Assembly: GCF_006345805.1 (NCBI RefSeq)
Contig: NC_043008.1
Location: 8,742,001-8,806,000 of the forward strand
Direction of reading: 5' to 3'
DNA length: 64,000 bases
Source: Octopus sinensis
Lineage: Eukaryota
A program made the position numbers and the translations under genes. Numbering within the stretch: position 1 is the stretch's first letter; each line of letters starts with the position of its first letter. This document shows, in pieces, positions 13,693 through 27,720 of the stretch. The notes beneath the pieces are model-generated. The model worked only from the letters and a program-made list of their open reading frames with translations. It had not been told where the DNA came from and searched no databases.

Positions 13693-14436
13693 ATAACACA
13701 TTGTGTGTAAGTATATATACATCCATGTATGTATATATATCTATGGATCTATCTTTGTAGACCAGTGAATATCGGCGAAATTTTCATTTCTGTGGTTTTC
13801 GAATGGAATATATAGATTATTGACAATTTGTGATGTCTACGCAAAACTGGCTGGGACTACGGCATTGTCAAATTCATTAAGAGACGTGTCCTACAAATGG
13901 TCTGGTCGGTTCACTCACGCCATTTTTTTCACTTTTCTTTTCTGTAGGTGAATCGATTTCTTAGATTTTTCCAAATCCACGGAGATTGCAGCCATTAATA
14001 AATTCTGCAAATCTATTTCTTGGAGACAGCATGTATTAAATCAAAGATCATATCATTTGACGTCTCAATAATTTCGCTTTGCTGAGGGCGTCTGTCTCTG
14101 TGATATCTCTATTTGACATCATTGAGATGCATTTTTATAATTGATAACTTCTTGCAATGCTTGTCTAGTTTCCAATTATAGAATGTCTGAAAACCTGACA
14201 ACGTGTGGCTTTAAGCGTTGGTACGTCTAATATGCATATAATATAGAAATGTATTCTAGCTTTAGGGTGCATTTAAAGGAGTGAATGCTATTTTTGACGC
14301 TCGGAGCAATAGCCTCAGCTATATTCTAAACGTATTCAACTTCCTTCACATTAATTGCCAAAATAAATATACTCTCAACCTATTTCCTTTGTAATCACCT
14401 ACCGGTTTATCTTCACATTTGTTCATTATTAGATAC

Positions 14437-14664
14437 GTATTTCTTTACCACCCACAAGGGGCTAAACACAGAGAGGACAAACAAGACAGACAAACGGCTT
14501 AAGTCGATTACATCGACCCCAGTGCGTAACTGATACTTAATTTATCGACCCCGAAAAGATGAAAGGCAGAGTCGACTTCGGCGGAATTTGAACTCAGAAC
14601 GTAACGGCAGACGAAATACGGCTACGCATCTCGCCCGGCGTGCTAACGTTTCTGCCAGCTCACC
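14437..14664 (-). mobile_element. SINE family B (tRNA-derived; central block resembles the Meta/MESC core) with a 16-bp TSD
   Basis: Head gagctggcagaaacgttagcac..gttctgagttcaaattccg and core gcctttcatc..ggggtcgataaattaagta. Perfect TSD gttcattattagatac at 14421-14436 and 14665-14680. Confidence 0.95.
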
Positions 14665-15749
14665 GTTCATTATTAGATACCAAATATCTACCACACATGC
14701 ACACACATTTATTAAACAATCACACCATTAATCTTATCTAAATTCATACCAGAAAATATACTTTACGTTGCTGATAACTACATCAATCCAGATTTTGCGA
14801 TATAAATAGCAAGATTAGGAGAATGAGTATAATTTTGAATGCACCTAATGGTACCCACCTAGATGTGAATACACTTGATATGACTAGATAGATCACTACG
14901 ACACGCGAGGGAGCCTCTATATGGTCGATCTAGCATCCAATTCTCTCTCATTCTACGCCCTATAATCTTAAAATAGGGTGTGCATATTCAATAATAGACT
15001 CATATAGGACATATTCAAGGAAACGAGGTGGGATAATCGAGCTTTCATTGCTTGCTTAAAATTTAACCATGAGCCAAAGAACAGTAGGAACAACAGCAAA
15101 ATGTGCAAAAATTGGTTTTCAATTTATTTGGGACCTTTCCAGGTGGGGAATAGAAAATACATTGTAAGAAGAAGTGAAATACTTTTATTTCAGAATCCGG
15201 ACAAAAATGCTCAAGAATTTTGAAATTGGGCTGAAAGCAATAAATTAAATAATTTAATAATTAATAATTGATTGTAATATGTCCATATGTGTTAGGAAAA
15301 TTTTTGCAAAAGAAACCAACCATGTTGAGAATATTTGCAATTGCTAAATCATTTTGTAAGCACATGCATTTCGAGAAATATTGATGAGCTTAAAATAGCT
15401 CCAGAACTTTCCGCAAATTACAGGGTACAGGCTTCAGAAAAGGGGTAAGTAGATAAATGATCCTGTACTCTTAAAATTGATGGGGGCATCAAATGAGAAA
15501 TAACTGTTGATTGATCCTTTCTATCAGGTTTGACATCGAGATAAACAATATTAATAACAATTAGAAAACATTATCCCGCATCCAAAAGATCATGTAGAGG
15601 GCTGACGTTGATATTTGCTCAAAATCCTACTTATACACTCTAACCCCCCACATATATATTTGTGCTTTGTAGATTATTACGAAAATTTAATTTACAGATT
15701 TTGCCGAGTGAATTGCCTGCTATTAGATATCTTAGAAAATGCTTTACAA

Positions 15750-16160
15750 TATTTTTTTCGGTTTTGCCTCAGTCCTGCCAAAGTTGAACTAGTTTTTCAT
15801 CCATCTCGGTTTAATGAATAAAGAAGCAGTTTAGAAAGGTGGGGACTTTCAGCTTCATCCGAGCGTCAGACGGTAAACCTTGTAGTACTCGTCAGAGCTC
15901 TGGGCAGGAGAGCACATGATACTTTGCGAGCTGATTTCAAATCTTGCCGTAGCTTATTTTTTGGTGCTAGATTTTATCCCCCGTCCAGTTCAGTTCCATC
16001 TCCGAATCACTGAGTATCTTTAACAGAAACTTTCCTTGTCTTCTAAGCATTTGGTCAAGATATCAGGCGTAGTTACAATACTTCCTCTTTCATTCTCACC
16101 AACCTTGGATGCCCAACATTGTATCATGAGTACTACCTTTCACCCTGATTGAACGACTAG
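15750..16160 (-). mobile_element. Possible decayed LINE APE fragment
   Basis: Minus-strand VVLMIQCWASKVGENE resembles VILMGDFNAKVG; otherwise heavily decayed. Confidence 0.35.
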
Positions 16161-17149
16161 AAAAAAAAGAGAAGTGATTTCCCATGTGTCCTTCTACTTT
16201 TTAACTTATATTTATTGATAATTCAAGTTGAACAGTAACTTTATACTTTCACCGTCTTCTCCCAATCATTTGAAGGGAGGGAAAACTTTAGTATCATTTT
16301 ACTTTCTCAGAATCCAATATATAATTCATTACTGTTTTTTCTCGCCAAGTCTCTCAGCGCAGACTTTTACACAAAATAGACATAATTCTGTACACAAATA
16401 GGTGTACATGCAAAAAACACACGCACACACACACACACAACACACACACACACATAAACAAATAAACAACAAACAAAAGAAAATGTCCTCCATTTTTCCT
16501 TTTCAGTACGTTATTGGTCTCAAAGTTATTTACTTGAAACTAAAAGAAATTACCACACACGTACTCAAAGCCGGCATTAAGATAAGCTAGAGATCGTTAT
16601 CTGCTACAGAAATATAAAAACAACGTTACAGTAGTGACGTAAGATTTAAACTATTGGGATTTCAAATACTTATTTCAGAACTTTAATGCTGGAAAATGTA
16701 AGAGATTTACACAGATATTTGAGCTCGAACTATAAAACTCCAACCAAAGTACGTTTATGCGTTATTTCTTCTTTATCTTTTACATTTATATATCATATTT
16801 GTTTCACTCATTGGGACTACTACTGCCATAGTGGGGCACTAGCATGGAGGATTTATCCGAATAAATAGACCCTGGTACTTACTTTTAAGGCTGTTAATTT
16901 TTCTATCGATCTCTTTTGCCAAACTTATCAAAACATGGCGGCGGGTGGCGTAAACAAAGCAGTGGGACTGACAAACATAGATAGGAAGACACACATACAC
17001 ACACGCACACACACACACACAAACCTATATACAGACACATACATAATACATACATACATACATACATATATGCTGGCTGCTCCACAGACACTGCAGGTCG
17101 ACATCATAGGAAGACCCTTACCATCTGGAAGTGCAACAGCGATGCCCTT

Positions 17150-17380
17150 CCAGACACCCCTCCTTACTTCCTCATGTACAACATGAGATTTCTGAAAAAG
17201 TAGCTGTCCCCTCGTTCACAGTTCCTCTCCGCCTGCTACGGTCAATAGCTATGCCCTGCCATGTGTCAGGAGAGATGCAAGCATCTCTTAAGGAAGCCTT
17301 CAGCAAGTCCTTATACCTCTTTTTTGGTTTATGTGGAGGTCGTTCTCCTTTAAACAATTCTCGATGTTCTTTTAATTTTC
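17150..17380 (-). mobile_element. RTE-clade LINE 3' end fragment
   Basis: KGERPPHKPKKRYKDLLKASLRDACISPDTWQGIAIDRSRRRGTVNEG matches the RTE/BovB C-terminal G.R..G.PKKRYKD.LK..L..W...A.DR..WR pattern. Confidence 0.85.
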
Positions 17381-17863
17381 TTTAATTTCCACCAATAACT
17401 GACCACTATGTCCTTCAGCATTTTTCATTTCAATCATTAATCATTTCAGATTAACGACTAAAATTTTGACTTGCAAGCAAACTTTTGTGTTCATCTATCT
17501 TTAGGAATTTTCTATATATAAAGAGAGTTGCCATTTTATATTTTTCTTTCCTTAATTCACTGATCTAATCTGTGAACGTTGTAAGTGGTTAATATAACCT
17601 TATATGGGTTCTCAATAATTAGTAGCATTACGCTGTGCGTAGAAGTAGCTTCCAGTCCAAAATCCATACAAGGTACCATAAAATTACACTCAAGCTTCAG
17701 CAATAATATTAACCGTATCCCTCTTATATGTAATTTATTATTAAAATGAATAAAGCTAAACTCTAAAAAAGGGTGTATGCCTCATTAAAAGAATATTTTG
17801 CATGTGTACATTAGTATAATTATAGTGCATAAATAGGCATGGGCCTTATATATATATATATAT

Positions 17864-18177
17864 AAGGCCCATGGCTCAGTGGTTAGAGCGTCGTGCTTAC
17901 GATCGTGAGGTTGTGAGCTCGAATCCCTGATCTAGCTGCGTGTTGTGTTCTTGAGCATGACACTTTATTTCATGTTGCTCCAGTTTACTCATCTGTAGAA
18001 ATGAGTTGCGACGTCACAGGTTCCAAGCTGTATCGGCCTTTGCCTTTCCTTTGGATAACATTGGTGGCGAGGAGAAGGGACGTTGGTGTGCAAGGGCAAC
18101 TGCTGGTCTTCCATAAACAACCTTGGATAATTTCTAGGTGCAATCCCATGGTCCGTGTCGTGACCGAAGGGGGTCTC
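17864..18177 (+). mobile_element. SINE family C (tRNA head, V/CORE-like block)
   Basis: A box ggctcagtggttagagc, B-box-like gctcgaatccc, then gtgttgtgttcttgagcatgacacttta; ends in (TA)n. Confidence 0.85.
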
Positions 18178-19264
18178 ATATATATATATATATATATATA
18201 AGTGCGGTCGCTTCATTAAGTTTTCACAATCCATTTACAGGTCTTTTCTATTAAATGGTGTTAAGTAAGGAACTAGAAATAGAGAAAAAACTTATAGTGA
18301 ACCACCATAAGAAAAATACACTTATGTGAATTTGCAAGTTTGTTTAATGCTACAACATAAATACAACTCACACAACGTAATTCTTAAAAGCCAGTGCATT
18401 ATCGACTACTCCTTAACAATTATTATTCTCAATAAATAGTGATATTTCGATTCAAGGATAATCATAAACAGTTATTGAGAACCTAAGTTATTCTACATAC
18501 GTTACTTTTTACAGAAAGCTATATATGTAGCAACGAGGTGACTTCTTCGCCATCATTTGCCGACCAAAAAATTTCAACCAAATAAAGCTCAAACGCAAAG
18601 TACAGTCTTGAAAAGGAAACGTAACATTAGATAAATTCCAAATAGTCTGTTCGATCATGTGTACTAGGGCTAAAAACGAAAAGCACACAAAAATAGTTGT
18701 GTAAATTCATTTGTTTTATATTTCTCTAGATGCTGCTTAAATATTCCTTATTTCAAGACAGTAGGTTTTTTTACAAGTTACGGTTCGACAATTCCATAAA
18801 TAAAAGGGTTTCTAGAGAAAATGTATTAAAATTCTATTTCATCTCAACATTCTCTGAGTTCAAATCGATATTTCATAGATAATTCAGTTCTCGTGATCAA
18901 TAGTTCTTTAGTATATCGTACAGCTATTCTCAATTGGTTATATCTCTATACTACAAATACCTTTTACATCATCATCATCATCATCATAAATCAAATTGTG
19001 ACTCACAGTCACTTTCGTCTTCGTTTAATATTGTTATTGCAACAGATTTATTTTCAATTTCTTTCGAAATCTTTTTTAATATTTGTTTCAATTTCGTGAA
19101 TATCCAGCAGTAATAACAACTGTATCATCAATTTTACGCGTATCACCATAACTAATTCTGTTAATAACAATGTTCCCACTAATATCATATGTCCTATATA
19201 TTTTATACAACTTACTCTCCTAATTTTCCCTCTTTCTTATTGTGTCATGCTATTAAATTCCTAC

Positions 19265-19485
19265 GGCTGTGTTGTAAGTAGTTTGCTTGCCAAGCACATG
19301 GTTCCGAGTTCAGTCCCACAGCGTGAAACCTTGCGCAGGTGTCTTCTACTATAGCTTCGGGCCGACCAACGCCTTCTGAGTGGATTTGGTAGAAGGAAAC
19401 TGAAAGAAGCCGTCGTATATAATATATATGTGTGTGTGTGTGTGTTTGTGTGTATGTCTGTGTTTTCCACCGCCACCCCACCCCC
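19265..19485 (+). mobile_element. SINE family A, 5' half
   Basis: Head through the internal microsatellite, truncated at a long (ATT)n tract. Confidence 0.9.
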
Positions 19486-19488
19486 ACA

Positions 19489-19620
<132 letters not shown>

Positions 19621-20109
19621 TATGGACGAAATCTTCATTTCCCTATTGAACTAAAGTTTTGCTGCTGTGGGCCCCATGGCTTTAAACATCAACTTCGAAC
19701 TATTCATGAAGCTTTAATAACAAGCAAAAAAATGTGAGAACTGTTGGGATTGAATATAAAAAACAAAAACATTTGGCAGTATTACCCAGTCATGGAGTCT
19801 GGAAACTCTGGATTCCGGAAAATTTCCTCTGTAAAATCAAACTTTCAAAAAACACAACATATCTGTATGGAATGCAAACCTAACATTGTCACAGGCGGAT
19901 AAGCTAATAAATTCCAGTAGCATAAACACTAACCGTTACTTTTCAAGGTAATTCGTTATTTTTTTTACCTTATATTTTGCATTGCAATCATACCTCTGAC
20001 TCTCGAACTTAACAAAATGAAATATAGCTACGAAATAAAAGGCAAAACCATAAATCATCTGCTTTATATGGATGGCTTGCCCCGAAACACTATGCAAAAT
20101 ATGCCATCG

Positions 20110-21390
20110 AGGTGGAAGGGCTGTCTTCAATAGTTATGGTGTTCTGTGATGATGTAGGGATACAGTCTGAACTGGAAGTATATGTGAAAGCAACATTTAA
20201 AAAATGGTGGTGGGAGAATGGCAATCGAATTCAATGGAAAAACAATTGTAGACAATAATTAAGGAACTCGAACAGTATTTAGGGGTTCAATGAGAGCCAA
20301 AGTATTCATAATGTTTGCATGAAAGAAAAAAATCAGGAAGGAATGCAACCGGAGATTAAGTACCGTCTTGAAAATAGAGTACGATTCAAAGAATAAACTA
20401 TCCGCTATACACACTCTTGTGTGTGTATAGTAGTTTTTGCCAGGATTTGCAATACCATAAATAGGAACTCAATTAAATAAGGAAAGTGGACCTCCAAATC
20501 AGAAAACTTTTGACGTGTATTAAAATACATCACTCAAAAGCAGATGTGGGTCGCTTCTCTCTCTCTTAACGAGGTGGAGGTGATGGAATGTAATGCAAGA
20601 TATCAACCATTACAGTCGAACAATACCTTAAAACTACAGATGATTAAAAGTTGAAATAGTTACAAAATTTGAAAGGATGAAAATTTTACCGAAGAAAATT
20701 CCATAGCAAAGATCCTGTTGTAAAACAAACACGCAACTATCAGTAACTTTCTAGTTCTAAACTAAAGGCAGAGAGTGGGGGTTTCATTTTTACTACACAA
20801 GACTAGTGTCTCTCAACATGCAACATTCAAGTCAATATGGTCAGAAATAGAACGAACTCAAAGTCTCTATTTTGCGATGAGCATTTTGGGACTAATGCAA
20901 AATACTGGCAGCCCAGGAATATAAATTTAGACATGACAGAGTAGGATATTTGATGTGGGTTATATTCGAGTCTTACAGTATAAAGACAACGGGAAGGTGG
21001 TACAGACATCACCAGATACAGAAGTGGTGATGAGAACGTGACAACCATTTAGGATTTTCCTGTGTACACCAACTGAAAGATTAAAGACAAGGGACCCGAT
21101 ACAATTGTGAATGACCGAAAAAAAAGCATGGGCATTCGATCTGATCACAACATCTCCAAGAAAGAGTTCTGAAAGCTCAGTAAGTATAGAGACATAATAA
21201 TTTACATTTTGAAAATATGGCAGCATAAGAGCTATACAATACCAGTGATAGTCTCATCGGTGCATGTCAAATGCTTAAAAGGAGACAGGAAAGTGTTGGG
21301 GCTCTTCGTGGAAAGCCATCCCTGAAAGAGTTACAAAAAGTGTGCTAAGTGACACTGTACATTTCTTGAGAAGATTATCAACTTAAATAT
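20110..21390 (+). mobile_element. Decayed RLE-type (R4/Dong-like) LINE, 3' portion
   Basis: VFCDDVGI, QYLG, RRLSTVLKIEYDSKNKLSAIHTL, KVDLQIRKLLTCIKIHHSKADVGRF, AQEYKFRHDRVG, PDTIV and KLSKYRD represent RT thumb, zinc-knuckle and restriction-like endonuclease motifs, with stops and frameshifts. Confidence 0.85.
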
Positions 21391-21556
21391 TTGGCAAAGT
21401 CATTTACAGTTTTGTTGATACCCTTGTTGCCACAATTGTAACACGATTGATTGTTAACTGAGCGTATAAGAAAATTTTCCCTCCGCTGGTGTCAAGGTGC
21501 CACTCAGCAAGCTTAACGAAATATGTAGAATTAAAGGCATCATTATTATTATTATC

Positions 21557-21604
<48 letters not shown>

Positions 21605-21605
21605 C

Positions 21606-21646
<41 letters not shown>

Positions 21647-21648
<2 letters not shown>

Positions 21649-21762
21649 GTTTCAAATTTTGCCACAAGAGCAGCAAATTGAGTCCGAGTGGTACTTATTT
21701 TATCGAGCCCTAAAGGATGAAAAGCAATGTCGACCTCAGCGGAATTTGAACTCAGAACGTAG
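21647..21762 (-). mobile_element. SINE family B fragment with (ATT)n tail
   Basis: ggatgaaaagcaatgtcgacctcagcggaatttgaactcagaacgta matches the copy at 14437-14664. Confidence 0.8.
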
Positions 21763-22149
21763 TGAAAAACGAAAGGAGGGAAGAAGGAATATTAACACAT
21801 CGTGTGTAACTTGCAAACAATTCTGTACAAAATGAAACAGATTGAGCAAATAAAACACCTCTTTCTCAATTTGAAGTAGGATATTTCAATGGGGCTACCA
21901 TTATCCACTTCTTTCTTGTTCTTTTTCAAAGAATTTTTCGTTTCAAATACACATGGCATAAACCAATCAGTATTCTTTTGAATATAAACGACTTAAGTTG
22001 TACACTGCAGTCTACTTTAGGCAAAGAAAACTTGTTTAAAAATATTTTTACAGTGGAGAAACGGGGAGACAATCGAAGTAGGTAGACGTCAGACATAGAA
22101 ATATTATGAATTCCACATACTATGCAGTGTTGCATAGATATAGTTGAAA

Positions 22150-23190
22150 AAGCAATTTTGGAAAAGAATATCAAAGATGCATTAGATTGTCACAATAGCC
22201 CAAACACAAAAAGGAAGATAATAAGCATCAATACTCTAGCTGACCGATTCTTAAGTTATAGTTATAATGCTCTCAGCTAGAAGCTAAATGAACATGCAAA
22301 TCTACTAGAAAATATGTAATAAGATTGCATTTAGAATGCACCACTCAACATGTAGCATAGAAAGACTATAATTACAAAAGATAAAGAGATGCCGCCAGAA
22401 AACAATTTTAAAATATACACTACAGGACTACAAATATAACTTGTAAAAATAATGGAAAACTAATTGAAAAAACTTACAAAATACAAACAGCACAAGAAAA
22501 TTGTTTTCTGCCACGAGGAAGGCCATAAATAAATATAGCAGAGGTTGAATGGCAGACAGCTGTAATGAGAAACAACGACAAAGTTTGCGAAGCTAAGAGC
22601 AAAGCTAAAAATGAGTCTTCAGAATAATATAGTAAAGCGTGTGACATAAAAGCCCCTAACTGAAAAATACCTAAGACTGAATAGATTACCTAAGTAGAAA
22701 ATAACCTGAGTAGAAATGGAATATTGGATCTACGAATGCGTCGCAGGATCAAAACCAGGAATATGTAATACTAAACACGCAATAATTCCAGCAGAAATAG
22801 CAAAGGTTTTATGATTCAGATATTCCAATCACGGCAAAGAAGGCGATTAAGGCTATTCAGTAAGATATTAGTATGAGACGAATATCGATGTATTTGTATG
22901 AGTTCCAACATAGTATGCAGATCTGTAATACAAATAGAAATATTATCTAAATATAAGATCTAAAAATGGAGATGATCAATACGTGGGTACGTGAAACAGA
23001 AAAAAAAATCCTTGTAATAACTAAGTATTGGTTGGAAATACATATCCATGTGTACAGGACTTACAAACAGTAACAACCTCCAAAGAATAGCACTAGATAT
23101 AACACGTAGAGTACTGTCAATATAATAAAAGTATAAAACCAAAGGACAAAAATTAAACATACCTAAGGCACACACAGCTGAGCTCGGTAG
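22150..23190 (+). mobile_element. Highly decayed RLE-type LINE remnant
   Basis: C-terminal LQRIALDITRRVLSI* near 23075-23125 resembles LQKIALLGTAHILRRVLS. The upstream boundary is uncertain. Confidence 0.5.
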
Positions 23191-23714
23191 TGCAGTAAAA
23201 GCACGCAATAAAAATAAGATTACTAAATAATAACAATATTTTCATCTTTCTGTTTTGCTTTTTTTTTCTACAAATCATATGCTTTGTTTTTGAGGGAAAA
23301 AATCGATAAATGTTAACAGCTGAAAAGAACACCTATACATCTAGAAATGATAAATCACTAAGTCAGTATTGTTGTTGTTGCTGTTGTTGATGTTGTTCTT
23401 ATACATTATCTCCTCCGCTTTCTATATTTCATGGTTGCTGTTACTGTTGTTGTTGTCGACATCGTTCGTGATGTAGCTTTTGCTGCGTCAGATGACGACC
23501 ATAAATCTTCAGTTACCCGTCAAATATTTTAGTCTTAAATCACATTTCATTCTGAATTTGTCAATTTATTTTCTCCCTTGCTGTATATGTTGTTATTTGT
23601 TATTCTTAACACGAAATATAATCGTGATGGAATCAATAAAATAACAAACACACTTATAGATAAAATACTGTTCATAAAATATATTTATATATATACATAC
23701 ATATATATATATAA

Positions 23715-23754
<40 letters not shown>

Positions 23755-23920
23755 ATATATATATATGTATATCTATCTATCTATCTATCTATCTATATAT
23801 ATATATATTATATATATATATACATACATACATACATACATACATACACATATACACACAAACAAACACACTCGCACGCACACGCACACACACACACACA
23901 TATACATATATATATATATG

Positions 23921-23971
<51 letters not shown>

Positions 23972-24528
23972 CATACGTAAATATATATGTATATATTCAT
24001 GTATTTTTTGTATCTATATGTGTATATAGCTAGATAGATAACTGTAATCATATTGGTAATAGATTACAGTAAATTTTTACATTGTTCATTTTGTTGTTCT
24101 GGCAGTGGTTGTAGTGGTGGTAGTGCTGGTGGTGCTGGTGGCAGAATGCTGCTGATGAAGTAACAACCATGGTTTTGAAGATGTGCCGGTGTTAGTGTAC
24201 AGAAAAAGCTAGTGAGGTCGAGGCAGTTTGTTCCAGACTGAAGAGGCACACTCTGCAAAACATAAGTATAGCTAAGCTGCACACACAAAAAACGCACATA
24301 CATATACGCACACATATATGCATGTAAGCATATACCCAAAATACTATGTGTATGCATATATGCATATACACATACGCCTTTACACGTTTGTATGTGTGAA
24401 TGTGTATGTATGTGTATTTTGTGTCAGTCGACATTTAAATACATATGTGAATACCAATGTTCTTCCACATGACTTGTATGTCTACATTTTGGTGAGATGC
24501 TGCTCTTATTAAAGCGACACTGGAAGAC

Positions 24529-24672
24529 TCATGAGGTAATCGACTTCAGTGGTTTCTGATCTTTGAATAACCCAACACTCTCAGGCGCATATGAAGTAAT
24601 CGACGTCTGATTTGCGCTATCAACAATTGTGTTCAAATCATTATTAGATCTCATATTCTTGGTTAATAAATT
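24529..24672 (-). CDS. Candidate terminal coding exon of an unidentified gene (NLLTKNMRSNNDLNTIVDSANQTSITSYAPESVGLFKDQKPLKSITS*)
   Basis: Pyrimidine-rich acceptor ccccaccttctttcag followed by 47 open codons in non-repetitive DNA. No homology recognised. Confidence 0.2.
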   Translation of the reverse strand, partial: NLLTKNMRSNNDLNTIVDSANQTSITSYAPESVGLFKDQKPLKSITS

Positions 24673-24732
24673 CTGAAAGAAGGTGGGGAATTACTTGCCT
24701 GATAACGGTTCATATATTTCTATTTGTTTCTT

Positions 24733-25175
24733 ATAGGCACAGGTGTAGCTGTGTGGTGAGACATTTCATTCCTAACCACAGGGCTCAGAATCCAGTCCAA
24801 ATGCGTTGCAGGTTGATTGAATTCTTCTGTTATAGTTTCGGGCCGACCTAATCCTTGTGAGTTGATTTGATACAAGGAAACTGAGAGAAACCCGTGCGTG
24901 TGTGTATATATGTGTGTTTGTGTGTGTGTGTATGTATGTGTGTATATATATGTGTATGTATGTGTGTGTTTGCGTCTGCGCCTGTCCCTCACTACCGCTT
25001 GACAAATATTACTGGTATATATACGTCCCTGTAACCTAGCGGTTCAGCAAAAGACACCGATAGAATAAGTAGCATACTTTAAAAAGCAAGTTCTGAAGAT
25101 GATTCGTTCGACAAAATTCTCCAAATCGGAGGCTCAATATGGCCGCTGTCTGATGACTGAAACGAGTAAAAGATG
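24733..25175 (+). mobile_element. SINE family A, old diverged full-length copy
   Basis: Head, microsatellite and tail (gatgactgaaacgagtaaaag) are recognisable with many substitutions. Confidence 0.85.
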
Positions 25176-26396
25176 AATGAAATATATACTTGTTTATTTT
25201 TTATTCACTCCACCATTACACATATGTCTCGGAAATTAGCGGATGATTTTATTTACCTTATACTTTTTCAGTGAGTGCAAATAACCGGTTTGAAAGAACA
25301 TATGTACTTTATATTGAATAAATCCTGCAGAATTTATTGACTTCTCTTCAGTCGTTGTGAGAAGTGAAAAGTAAGGAAAAGGATGCGCTTTGTTCAATAG
25401 CATTTCAACTCGAAACCTCAGCATACCCACCTTTAACAATGTAGAAAATTAATTATGGACCACTTTTGACACTTAGCCAACGAAGCCAGATAAATCATAA
25501 AGGAAGATAAAATATAAAACGCCCCCTCGTCAAAATACAATGTGTTTTTAGTCTCTTTCTATTTAAACAGCAGAAAAGAATAGGCGAATCAAAACCTCTA
25601 AACTGTCCAGACAATTAAAAATCATAAAAGTACGCTTATATCATTTACGATCAAAATATATTCTTTTCTCGACAACTCATTCAACTTCCGTCGTCAACAC
25701 AGTCATATTCAAGAGTTCCGAGACGGCACAAACACTCTAAAACTAAAACAAACAGTGGTAATGGGGCTCTCAAGATTATCATGTCTTCTAACCGCTTTTC
25801 CAAAATATATAGCTCCGTGGGTGTAAAATTTCAAATTATTTACTGCGTGATTTAATTTTAAGGAGTCGGAATTCAAATTGAAGGACTGTCTAAATACGAG
25901 AATAACGGTACCCAATTACGTTTTGGTTTCAGAGATCTTGTACGTTTTTCACTGATCAACACACGGACAAATTCAAGGCAAAGTATTGTGTACTACATTA
26001 CAAAACTCCAACCACCATATTGTTTACAAAGTATCTCAGCTGGACAGTCTCCAGGTCTGAATGTTAATGTAAATTTATGGCAGATCATCAGGCTAAAAAT
26101 GGGTTTATGATGCATAAAATCATACGATTATATATCTTCACTATTTCAGTAACAGAAAGTACAAATTATAAAGTCAGTATATGGTAAAAAATGCTTTTTT
26201 GCACTTCTAGTAAAAGACTACTGCAAAATTGATTATTCAATTTGGTTATGAATAAATATGAACTTTGAGAATATGAATAAAATAAATAACTTGATTTCAA
26301 CAAAAGTGAGCCGTTTTAGAATATATCAAGAATTGCATATATGGTGTGCGCATTTGAATACACACGCACACACACACTGGCCGAAACCTATCAAAG

Positions 26397-26456
<60 letters not shown>

Positions 26457-27014
26457 GATTTACCTTTTCTTGATCTTTCTATCACAGGATAGTACATTTT
26501 ATATATATATATATATATTATATATATATATATATATATTCAAATTAAGCAACAAGTATATCCAAGGTAGAGTAGTACAATTGTTTCATACTACTTCATT
26601 TTATTAAACACTGTAAGTATTACATCAGTTTTCTAAGGAACTATTTTGGGAGACGCACACGGTAAAATTTTGGAGGGAAATTACGAATTTATTCGTTTAT
26701 ATGGCTTTGGCCTATGCTAGCTATCTTCTACTATTCCGATGACCCTGGTTCGGAAAGCTGAGGGTATGTATAGCATTTGCAAACTTTTTTTAAGTGGAAT
26801 GTTGCGCTGAGAAAGGAAATGAATTGATTTATAATTTTAATCCAGAAACGCGTCCGTAACTAACCCTTAAACTTTGTTTTCGTTACTTATTCCTTCTGTT
26901 TTACATATGTGAATTACATGGATATGTTGTATGTGGCTGCTATTTCTAATTATTCGGCATGTGGCTAAGCAACCTGTTGCTTGCCCCCTTTTTATTTTTA
27001 TTATATATATAACT

Positions 27015-27112
27015 TTCTGTCTACAAAATCCACTCACAAGGTTTTGGGCGGCAGACTGAACCCGGAACCATGTGCTTGGTAAGCAACCTACTTACCACAG
27101 AGCCACTCCTAC
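27015..27112 (-). mobile_element. SINE family A head with internal deletion
   Basis: aatccactcacaagg...ctgaacccggaaccatgtg...cttaccacagagccactcct. Confidence 0.8.
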
Positions 27113-27439
27113 GTTATAAATCTGCAGGATAATTTTACAGGTAGGAGTTTATGATGACTCACCGTAGGGGTAATTTTCAAGAAGTAAAAAAAAATTCATT
27201 TAATTGAAGACTTTACAGCATTCCTTATAGTATTCTATTTACATATATTGCATAAAACTAAATTCTACACTTCTAAAACCTAATTCCTATTTCCAGCATT
27301 GCCTGGTTTACTGCCGACGGATAAGCCATATACAATAAAATCTGGTATTCATTTTCGGACATGGGCTAAAGGTTGCAGTAGTTCTGAATTTAAATAATAT
27401 AAGCTTCTGATATGCATCGCTGAATCCAGAATTAGATTT

Positions 27440-27720
27440 TTACGCTCCCAGCCAAAAGACATCTGAGTAAATTTACATAGATTTGTTTGAAGTTATATTC
27501 ACGTAAAAATGTTATGATCGTGGCACATCCTTCAAATACGATACTACGTATCCACAAATGGAAATTGAAAGAGAGGAAGGCTGACTGCGACATCAAAGAC
27601 AAGGTTCTTGAGATATCAAAGCCATGCGTCAGCAGATCAAGAAACTGCAAAGTTTGCACAGATGAAAGTGCATAACATGTATAGAGAACAAAAAAATTCA
27701 ATGAAAAGCTAGAAATTCAG
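27440..27720 (+). mobile_element. Penelope-like element, GIY-YIG C-terminal remnant
   Basis: IHKWKLKERKADCDIKDKVLEISKPCVSRSRNCKVCTDE resembles the PLE pattern HIW.LK....Y.IKW.IL....PY......C.LC..EK. Confidence 0.6.

Noticed and set aside
25860-26112. 82-codon open frame GVGIQIEGLSKYENNGTQLRFGFRD...
   Set aside because: No recognisable domain, and several conflicting splice interpretations on both strands.
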